Origin: Candidatus Latescibacterota bacterium
GTDB lineage: Bacteria > Latescibacterota > UBA2968
Direction: 5' to 3'
Assembly (NCBI GenBank): GCA_965207885.1
Contig: OZ242311.1
Span: forward strand, 4,800,001 to 4,864,000
DNA: 64,000 bases
A program made the translations under genes and the position numbers. The notes under the pieces are model-generated. The model saw only the letters and a list, made by a program, of their open reading frames with translations. It had not been told where the DNA came from and made no database searches. Positions 56,693 through 64,000 of the stretch are shown here, in pieces (position 1 is the stretch's first letter; the number at the start of each line of letters is the position of its first letter).

Positions 56693-57489
56693 AAAAAATA
56701 CCTCTGATATTGATCATTGCCTTGACGATGTCATGCGCGGTGATAAATAAGCTAAATTTGTTGACGCCCGAGCAAGAGGTGGAGCTTGGCAGGCAAGCCT
56801 CGCGAGAGGTGGAGCGGTCCGTGCGATTGTACAGGGATCCACTGGTGCGCGCTTATATAGATAGTTTGGGTCAGGCTCTGGTGCGGGCGTCGAGACTGTC
56901 ACAGTTTCGATATTATTTTAAGGTGGTCGATGCACCCGAGGTGAATGCATTTGCTCTGCCAGGGGGATTTATATATGTGAATCTCGGGTTGATTAAAGCG
57001 GCTGAAACCGAGTCGGAGTTGGCCGGGGTGATCGGGCACGAGATTGGGCATGTGGAGATGCATCACGGGGCTAAGAAAATTTCACAGCAGTATGGTCTTG
57101 CTGTTGTGGTCGATGTGATATCCGGGAGCGGGGATCCATCGTTGAAGCGAAAGGTCATCGCCCAATTATTGGGATTTGGCGGAGGATTGGGCGTGTTAAG
57201 CTACGGACGAGAAGCAGAGCGCGAATCCGATAAGTTCGCGGTACATTGCATGGTAAATGCGGATGTTGATCCCGAGGGCATAGCGCGTTTTTTTGAGACG
57301 CTGTTGAAGTTGCACAAACGGGAACCCAAAGGGGTCGAGGCGTGGTTTTCGACCCATCCCCCAACGCAGTCGCGCATCGATTTTGTCCGATCTGAAATTG
57401 CCAAACTTCCGAATACTGCTGGTCTCAAAAAGACATCCGCGCGGTTCGAGCAAATTCGCGCTCGCATCGGCGGAGGTAAAGGCAGTTAG
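56689..57489 (+). CDS. M48 family metalloprotease, probable lipoprotein
   Basis: Lipobox-like TMSC; NAFALPGG, HEIGH, E.E.D and STHP motifs. Confidence 0.88.
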   Translation: MKKIPLILIIALTMSCAVINKLNLLTPEQEVELGRQASREVERSVRLYRDPLVRAYIDSLGQALVRASRLSQFRYYFKVVDAPEVNAFALPGGFIYVNLGLIKAAETESELAGVIGHEIGHVEMHHGAKKISQQYGLAVVVDVISGSGDPSLKRKVIAQLLGFGGGLGVLSYGREAERESDKFAVHCMVNADVDPEGIARFFETLLKLHKREPKGVEAWFSTHPPTQSRIDFVRSEIAKLPNTAGLKKTSARFEQIRARIGGGKGS

Positions 57490-57495
57490 TAGCCT

Positions 57496-58467
57496 TTGCG
57501 AATTTCACACTTCCTACTTCCTATGGTTCGTTTTCTCAAATGGTTTTTCCCGATTAGCCTGGCGGTTCTGATCGTTGTGGTCGCCAGTGCATACTGGTAT
57601 GTGACGCCGCAACGGTTAAAGGAGATTGTGCAGCCGCGTTTGTCGTCGGTTTTAGGCAGAGAGGTGATGTTCGACCGTATAGAGTGGGGGCTGTCTGATG
57701 GGGTGGTGATTTCGGATTTGCGGGTGGGAGATGGTGCCGATTCCCTTCTAATTGCGGAGCGGGCGCAGGTGGATGTGTCGCTGAGCGCGTGGTTGTTGGG
57801 GGATAAGTGGTGGGGTGAGTTGGCGATGGAAGATGCGGTTGTTTCGCCTGGAGGGCAGAGGCGCATTGAGTTTGTGTTCCGCCGTTTAGAGATGGATTTG
57901 TATCCTCAAAATGGGCGTTTATATCTCTCACAGATGAAAGGGCAGGTGAGCGAGGGGACGCTCACGGGTGATCTGGTGTGGGATAATAGCGCGTGGGATG
58001 GTTCTGTGTCGCTTGCAAATGCCCAGGCAGAACAGGTCGTGCGTTCGATTGGCTGGGATATTCCGCTTTACGGCGCGGTAGATATAGCGATTCAGATTTC
58101 AGATGCAGGCGTGAGTGGTACCGCAAGTATGGTCGAAGGGCGCATAGTGCAGTGGGATTTTTTGCAGCGGTTGTTGCGCCCGATGGCACAATGGGGTTTG
58201 ATAAATGCCGATGAGGTCCCACTCAAAGATGTGACGGTGGTTTTTCAGGTGCAAGGCGATGAGGTGATTCTCGATGGGACAAAGTTCACTGCTTCAGATA
58301 TAGCTTGTGTATTAAATGGTAAGAGTGCTCAGGATCAGTTGGATTATGTGCTGGATGTGGAGATGCCCATTCAATTTGCCGGGTTTCGTCTGGGCAGAGC
58401 CATTCCCATACGAGTAAAAATTACCGGCTCGGCAAACGCGCCAGAGGTGGCGGTAGAGATAAAATAG
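57496..58467 (+). CDS. AsmA-like membrane-anchored protein
   Basis: N-terminal TM anchor, beta-rich body, and C-terminal I.V.ITGS...P pattern. The start may be ATG 57523. Confidence 0.6.
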   Translation: MRISHFLLPMVRFLKWFFPISLAVLIVVVASAYWYVTPQRLKEIVQPRLSSVLGREVMFDRIEWGLSDGVVISDLRVGDGADSLLIAERAQVDVSLSAWLLGDKWWGELAMEDAVVSPGGQRRIEFVFRRLEMDLYPQNGRLYLSQMKGQVSEGTLTGDLVWDNSAWDGSVSLANAQAEQVVRSIGWDIPLYGAVDIAIQISDAGVSGTASMVEGRIVQWDFLQRLLRPMAQWGLINADEVPLKDVTVVFQVQGDEVILDGTKFTASDIACVLNGKSAQDQLDYVLDVEMPIQFAGFRLGRAIPIRVKITGSANAPEVAVEIK

Positions 58468-58469
58468 GC

Positions 58470-58586
58470 TTAAAGAGCCAGCAACAAGATAATGATTATG
58501 CCGAGCACTATCAATCCGCCGAAAAAAACGATGCAAAAACCTCTGATAAAACCGCCTACAAATCCATTATTGTCATTGTTGTTCAT
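58470..58586 (-). CDS. 38-aa single-pass membrane microprotein
   Basis: MNNNDNNGFVGGFIRGFCIVFFGGLIVLGIIIILLLAL with GAAGGGAG RBS; below the ORF-track cutoff. Confidence 0.6.
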   Translation of the reverse strand: MNNNDNNGFVGGFIRGFCIVFFGGLIVLGIIIILLLAL

Positions 58587-58625
58587 GTTACTCCCTTCAA
58601 CTGAGAAGGCGGATCCGCGCGGTTT

Positions 58626-59990
58626 TTAACTTAGCTGGAACCGAAACGCATATAGATCCGCGTCCTTGAGGGTGAAGCGTAACCGCACCGGCTGACCTGC
58701 CAGCAGACGCATATCTCCCCTGCTCTCCCAACGGACTGTACCGTCGATGGCATCACCGAATAGCTCAGGGCACTCGTCCAGTGTGAAGCCCGGCTGCGGA
58801 TGCCCTTCCGTATCCTGGATTTCAACGCGCACAAATCCCACCGCTGATGTCGAAAAGTTCAATCTCAGACTGTCGCCTGTAAAAATTAACGGACGGGTGA
58901 CGAATTCGCCGCCAGTGTAGCCTGCGTGGACCGACACGAACCCGTCGGTTCGGAGCGAGAATCGGCGAATATGGACAGTTGGCAGCCGCCAGTTTTCCAT
59001 ACCGTACAGCGAGAGTTCATCGGGCGATGTTTGCAGAATGCCCCGCTCCATGAACATCCCGCGCTCATGCCAGTTGCCCTCATCGAGCCCGGGACGGACA
59101 AAAGCCTCCATGAAGCGGTCAAAGTGGCGTCCATCGCGGCTGGACATAAACACGATGTCATTTACGCCTGAACCGTATTTCCAGCCCGGAATTGGCTCGC
59201 GTTCTGGCACGAAGCGTGACGGAAACATCAGATACACGGGCGCCCGTTCATAAGGTACGCAGGCATTGGTATAGAGATGTTCAAAGGGCGTCTCGCCGGT
59301 GTCGATGAGTTCAAGCGGTGTCCAATGGCGAAAGTCTTTGGAGGTCGTGCGGCGAATCCAGCGCACCCCGTTTATGAAGTTGCCCTTACCCGCCACGCCG
59401 CGCGTGTAGGCGACATATTCCTCCCGTTCCACGTCCCAAAAGGCGATATTGTGTGAATCAAAGGGTTGATCGGTCAGGATTGGCGCATCCTGCATCAGTC
59501 GCCAGCGGAGACCGTCAGGCGAAACCAACGCGAGTACATCGCCAGTGCGTACAATGGCTTTGTACCGTTCTTCGTCCAATGCGTCGGGGTTGCCATCGAG
59601 AAACGGCGACATGTTATTACCCGGTCCCGCCCAGACGAGGTTATTCTCTTTCGAATCTTGAAACGCAATCAGTCCGAGTCGTGGTTTTTCCCAGTGAACG
59701 CCGTCGGTGCTTTCAGCGTAGGCGATGAGCGGTTGACGCGTATCATGAATCGGCATCTCCTGGTCGCAGCGATACCACGCGCGGAACCGGTCGCCGTCTC
59801 GGAATGTTACCATATAGGAAACACCGCCCCGTTCCCACGGGTGTTCAGGGGAAATTACAACCTCACGACGCACAGGTTCATGCAAGTGCTGCGTGACACC
59901 CCGCGTTTCGGCAATCCAGAAATTGTCCACGAATAATTGGCGGTCTGTGCCGATGTGGATAGGTGAACTGTTGTTATCTTGTCGTTCCAT
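58626..59990 (-). CDS. Five-bladed beta-propeller glycoside hydrolase-like protein (GH32/43/130 clan-like)
   Basis: Asp-box repeats STDGVHW, SPDGLRW, SKDFRHW and SRDGRHF. ATG at 59990. Confidence 0.65.
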   Translation of the reverse strand: MERQDNNSSPIHIGTDRQLFVDNFWIAETRGVTQHLHEPVRREVVISPEHPWERGGVSYMVTFRDGDRFRAWYRCDQEMPIHDTRQPLIAYAESTDGVHWEKPRLGLIAFQDSKENNLVWAGPGNNMSPFLDGNPDALDEERYKAIVRTGDVLALVSPDGLRWRLMQDAPILTDQPFDSHNIAFWDVEREEYVAYTRGVAGKGNFINGVRWIRRTTSKDFRHWTPLELIDTGETPFEHLYTNACVPYERAPVYLMFPSRFVPEREPIPGWKYGSGVNDIVFMSSRDGRHFDRFMEAFVRPGLDEGNWHERGMFMERGILQTSPDELSLYGMENWRLPTVHIRRFSLRTDGFVSVHAGYTGGEFVTRPLIFTGDSLRLNFSTSAVGFVRVEIQDTEGHPQPGFTLDECPELFGDAIDGTVRWESRGDMRLLAGQPVRLRFTLKDADLYAFRFQLS

Positions 59991-60015
59991 TTTGGACTCT
60001 TTCGTCAACAAAAAA

Positions 60016-60990
60016 TTAAAAAAGTGAGAGCTGAACGGGGTCTTGTTCTGTGTCGGGTTGTGGGGTGGGTTGTCTGGAAGGTCTGTCATCGGGGTAGCAC
60101 ACGACTTTGAAGGGGCAGGTGGTACACAGGCGGGTGTTTGTCGTCATTGGAAAGGTGTCTTGCGATGCGGTGTTTTGCTCGGGGTCGTCGAGGAGGGCGC
60201 GCATTTTCTGGACGCTTTCGGTGACGAATATACGGGTCTGATCGAGGTCGTCAGGAGAGAGGTGTAGGGTGCGCTCGGTGTTGGTTTGCAGGTAGATGTC
60301 CTGGAGTTGCAGGTCGGATAATGCGACGCCCCACTGCGAGGTGGCATAGAGAGCGTACACAGCGAGTTGGTGGCGGTCGGCCTGGCGTTCGCGCCCGGTT
60401 TTCCAGTCGAAGATATAGACCGATTTGTCGCGGCGAATCGCCACGTCGAGCACGACCCAGATTTTGGTATTGGCAAGGGTAAAATCTGTGAGGTCTTCAA
60501 TGGTGAGATAGTCTTCGGGGCGGGCAGATTGCAGGGTGGCGTAGGCTTTGGAGGCGAAAAAAGCGTTGAGACTCGTCGAGATGTGATTGGCCGACTTGTT
60601 CTGATCGGTTTCTGTAAAGGGTTCGTTGTAATAGTGTTCAAACAAATTGGTGTATCGAGAGGCTGAATAGCGCCAGAGATGATCCGCGGATTCTTGCAGG
60701 TGTTGGCGGAATAAATTTTGCGCGTAGGTCTCGACGGCAAAGGGGAGAATATCGCGTCCCAGTTTCAGTGCGTTGAGCGCGTTGCTGATGGCGTCGTGAA
60801 CCACGGTACCGACGAGTTGCGGTACTGTGGTTATTTTTTTCAGGCGATAGAGCAACTGGGTCTGCGCGTCTGCGTCTTTGTCCCAGCCTCCCCAGCTTCC
60901 GTAGTAGTTGAAATAGTATTGTCGTTTGCACGAATCAAACATGCGATGGCGCGAAGGCGACCAGGAAAATTCGTTTTGGAAATTGGACAT
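60016..60990 (-). CDS. PD-(D/E)XK nuclease, RecB/AddB-like with Fe-S staple cysteines
   Basis: S.S....FDSC, G..VH, D...DWKTG, QL..Y and C..CPF...C motifs. Confidence 0.85.
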   Translation of the reverse strand: MSNFQNEFSWSPSRHRMFDSCKRQYYFNYYGSWGGWDKDADAQTQLLYRLKKITTVPQLVGTVVHDAISNALNALKLGRDILPFAVETYAQNLFRQHLQESADHLWRYSASRYTNLFEHYYNEPFTETDQNKSANHISTSLNAFFASKAYATLQSARPEDYLTIEDLTDFTLANTKIWVVLDVAIRRDKSVYIFDWKTGRERQADRHQLAVYALYATSQWGVALSDLQLQDIYLQTNTERTLHLSPDDLDQTRIFVTESVQKMRALLDDPEQNTASQDTFPMTTNTRLCTTCPFKVVCYPDDRPSRQPTPQPDTEQDPVQLSLF

Positions 60991-61043
60991 GGAAAAGCAA
61001 CCACTGATGAAAGGGGGGAGGATACAAGGGCTGATATTCAGAT

Positions 61044-62324
61044 TCAATAAAGCGTGTTTAAGACATCAAAATACGTCGGAAATGTTTTGTTGACGCAGTC
61101 GGGGTCGTTTATGACAATGCCGGGGATTTTTAGTCCGATCAGCGATAGACTCATCGCCATGCGGTGATCGTCGTACGTGTCGAGTGCCGCGGGTTGGATG
61201 TGGTCTGCGGGATAGACCGTGAGGCCGTCGGCGCGGGTGTCAACGCGCACGCCGAGCTTGTTCAGTTCGGTTTTGAGTGCGGCGATGCGGTCGGTTTCGT
61301 GGATGCGGAGGACGGCTACGTTGTGTACGCTGATTGGAGCAGAGGCAAACGGGGCCAGGGCGCACAGGGTTGGCACGATGTCGGGCGTGGCGTTCATGTC
61401 GATGTCGAGGCCCGACAGACGCCCTGTTCCGCGCACTTCAATGCCTTCAGAGTCTTTGCGCACATCACAGCCCATTTTGGACAGAATATCGACAAAGCCG
61501 ATGTCGCCCTGAATGGATTGCGCTGTTAAATTGGGTACGCGCACGCGACCGAGGGTGAGTGCGGCTGCGGCAAAAAAATAGGAGGCGTTGGATGCATCGG
61601 GTTCGATCAGGTAGGTGCGGGAATGATAGCGCTGGCCTGCGCGCACTGTGAAAAAGCGGTAATTATTATTGGTGACTTCAATGCCGAAGTCGCGCATGAC
61701 GGCAATGGTGAGGTCGATATACGGTTTGGATACGAGGTCGCCTTTGACGTGGATTTCGACATCACTTTGGGCGTAGGAAGCCACCTGGAGCAGAGCCGTG
61801 AAATACTGGCTGCTTTTGCTGCCGTTCATGGTGGTGCGGCCGCCTTTGAGGCCAGAGGCGACGATGAGCGCGGGGGGGCATAGCCCGTCCTTGCCTTCAC
61901 AACGCGCGGTTACACCGAGGGGGGTGAGGCCGTCGAGAAGGTCCTGGATGGGGCGCTCGCGCATCCGTTCGACGCCATCTATGGTATAGGTTCCAGCACC
62001 CAGGCCGAGATATGCCGCGAGAAAGCGCGCCGAGGTGCCCGAGTTGCCAATGTGAAGTTCTGCCTGATCAGCGGGGATGCGCCCGCCTGTGCCATAGACG
62101 CGAAATGCAGCCTCTGTTTCGTTTTCTTCCACGCGAATGCCCAGATCGCGCAGGGCATTTGCCATATACTGCGTATCATCGCTCATGAGTGCGTTGTTGA
62201 GGTGGCTGATGCCATCGGCAAGTGCGGCAATCAGCAGAACGCGGTTGGTGATGCTTTTAGAACCCGGAATCGCGACATTTGCATCGACTGGGGCTGTCAT
62301 GGGTTGGATTTCAAGAGTTTTCAT
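61044..62324 (-). CDS. aroA: 3-phosphoshikimate 1-carboxyvinyltransferase
   Basis: PGSKS, GNSGT..R, SSQY, ETDRI and DDHRMAM motifs. Confidence 0.96.
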   Translation of the reverse strand: MKTLEIQPMTAPVDANVAIPGSKSITNRVLLIAALADGISHLNNALMSDDTQYMANALRDLGIRVEENETEAAFRVYGTGGRIPADQAELHIGNSGTSARFLAAYLGLGAGTYTIDGVERMRERPIQDLLDGLTPLGVTARCEGKDGLCPPALIVASGLKGGRTTMNGSKSSQYFTALLQVASYAQSDVEIHVKGDLVSKPYIDLTIAVMRDFGIEVTNNNYRFFTVRAGQRYHSRTYLIEPDASNASYFFAAAALTLGRVRVPNLTAQSIQGDIGFVDILSKMGCDVRKDSEGIEVRGTGRLSGLDIDMNATPDIVPTLCALAPFASAPISVHNVAVLRIHETDRIAALKTELNKLGVRVDTRADGLTVYPADHIQPAALDTYDDHRMAMSLSLIGLKIPGIVINDPDCVNKTFPTYFDVLNTLY

Positions 62325-62567
62325 AGGTCTAAAAATAAATGAAAAATTAAAAATGCACAATGCACAATAGTTTTTCTGTGGGCGTTTTTTCGATGTCCTG
62401 TTTTAATGGCGTTACACCCTGCCATTCTGTCGCTTGATTTTTTTCGGTACCGGTTTTAAATTAGAAGACAGATTGTAATATTCTCTCCTGATTCTTTTCC
62501 CTCTCTCCGATTTCTTTGTTTGTCCGAGATGCCCTCCCCCAACATCTCCATTTACGGGAGCGTGTTG

Positions 62568-64000
62568 ATGAAATCCTCTGACTTTGTCCATTTGCACAGC
62601 CACACCATGTACAGTCTGCTCGATGGTGCGTCGAGAATAGAAAATATTGCCCAGGTAGCCGCCGAATGGGGCATGCCTGCGGTTGCGATGACCGATCACG
62701 GCAATCTTTTTGGTGCTATTGATTTTTATCGCGCGATGAAAGATGTGGGCGTCAATCCGATTATCGGGTGCGAAGTGTATTGCGCGCTCGGAAGTCGATT
62801 TGACAAAAAATCTATGCCGGGTCTTCAGGGCAGTTCAAATCATCTTGTTTTACTGGTCAAAAATTATACGGGCTATAAAAATCTGATCAAGCTGGTGTCC
62901 GCGGGATATCTCGAGGGCTATTATTATAATCCGCGCATAGACAAAGACTTGCTGCGCCAGCATTCGGAAGGGCTGATTTGCCTGTCGGCGTGCGTCGGAG
63001 GCGAGATACCCTATTTGATCGAACGCGGGGGATACAAGACGGCGCAAAAGGCCGTGGAGACGTATCTCGATATTTTCGGCGATGATTATTATCTGGAGAT
63101 TCAGCGACACGGCATTGACAAAGAAAAAAAGATCAATCCCGGATTGGTCAAGCTGCACGAGGAGATGGGCGTGCCCCTGGTGGCGACCAATGATTCGCAT
63201 TTTACGCGCGCTGAAGACCACGAAGCGCATGCGGCTCTGGTCGCTATTCAGACGGGTAAGACATTGGACGATCCCAAGCGCATGTGTTATCCCGAAGGCG
63301 TGTATTTTAAGTCGGCAGAGGAGATGTACGAGCTGTTTAAGGATATGCCACACGTTCTGGAACCCACGCTTGAGATTGCCGAAAAATGCAATCTGGAGAT
63401 TTCATTTGATGAGTCTCACGCGCCTGATTTCCCTTTGCCAGAGAGGTATGATTCGGCCAGTGATTATCTGAAAGATCTGGCGCACAAGGGCATGGAAACG
63501 CGTTGTAAGCAGGTGACCGCTGAGCATGAGGAGCGCCTGAAGTTTGAGTTGGGTGTGATCGATCAGACGGGATATCCGGGCTATTTTTTGATTTTGCACG
63601 ATCTGGTGCAATTTTCCAATGCCTCTGGCATCCGCGCAGGCGCGCGTGGGTCTGCGGTGAGCAGTCTGGTGGCTTATGCACTGGGTATTACGGCTGTGGA
63701 TCCCATCGAATACGGGCTGGTGTTTGAGCGATTTTTGAATCCCGAGCGGATTTCGCCGCCCGATATCGATCTCGATATCGCTGACCGCGACCGCGAGCAG
63801 ATCATCGATTACGTGGTGGAAAAATATGGGCGCGACAATGTGTGTCAGGTGATTACGTTTGGCACCATGGGTGCAAAGGGCGTGATTCGCGATGTGGGGC
63901 GGGTGTTGGACCAGCCATTTGCCGAAGTCGATAGAATTTCAAAACTGGTGCCCGGAGAATTGAAGGTGACCCTCGATAAAGCACTCGATCAGGTGCCCGA
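62568..64000 (+). CDS. dnaE: DNA polymerase III alpha subunit, truncated at window end
   Basis: Read manually: FVHLHSHTMYSLLDG, TDHGN, RGSA.SS and FERFLNPER..PPDIDLD. Confidence 0.95.
   Translation, partial: MKSSDFVHLHSHTMYSLLDGASRIENIAQVAAEWGMPAVAMTDHGNLFGAIDFYRAMKDVGVNPIIGCEVYCALGSRFDKKSMPGLQGSSNHLVLLVKNYTGYKNLIKLVSAGYLEGYYYNPRIDKDLLRQHSEGLICLSACVGGEIPYLIERGGYKTAQKAVETYLDIFGDDYYLEIQRHGIDKEKKINPGLVKLHEEMGVPLVATNDSHFTRAEDHEAHAALVAIQTGKTLDDPKRMCYPEGVYFKSAEEMYELFKDMPHVLEPTLEIAEKCNLEISFDESHAPDFPLPERYDSASDYLKDLAHKGMETRCKQVTAEHEERLKFELGVIDQTGYPGYFLILHDLVQFSNASGIRAGARGSAVSSLVAYALGITAVDPIEYGLVFERFLNPERISPPDIDLDIADRDREQIIDYVVEKYGRDNVCQVITFGTMGAKGVIRDVGRVLDQPFAEVDRISKLVPGELKVTLDKALDQVP

Noticed and set aside
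60016-60990. Cas4-like nuclease suggesting a CRISPR-Cas locus
   Set aside because: No repeat-spacer array or other cas genes are visible; it is a stand-alone RecB/AddB-like nuclease next to aroA.
1-64000. tRNA or rRNA genes
   Set aside because: No cloverleaf or rRNA-like sequence recognised by eye; intergenic gaps are short.

Overview
Bacterial chromosomal window, probably from an FCB-group organism such as Latescibacterota or Gemmatimonadota. That placement is inferred from the GWxTD protein, the DUF4159/DUF4175/MoxR cluster, short region-1.1-less RpoD sigma factors and tandem PhyH dioxygenases. Most of the window is housekeeping or metabolic: sugar-acid and oxidoreductase genes, dusA, a plant-type hydroxypyruvate reductase, fused IOR, lipA-miaB-queG-iscU-rny-iscA-prx-sodA, panC-panB-dNK-folK-folB-ygfZ, murD, murC-ldcA, aroA and dnaE. 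The standout is a ~13.5 kb accessory island (33318-46849) bounded by a perfect 23-bp direct repeat that duplicates the stop/start junction of a host operon. In minus-strand order it encodes: a PLD-SNF2 helicase; HigBA; a chimeric protein in which a copy of the restriction-modification enzyme's N-terminal domain is fused to a complete sigma-70 factor; a Type IIG-like N6-MTase/TRD gene with an in-frame TAG; an inverted, start-less alternative TRD cassette next to a Cre-like tyrosine recombinase (candidate specificity shufflon); a PD-(D/E)XK-like protein; and an orphan. A family of ~27-28 nt GC(C/A)TG+hairpin micro-insertions also appears, two of them in frame inside coding genes. All product calls come from recognising motifs by eye; no database searches were run.
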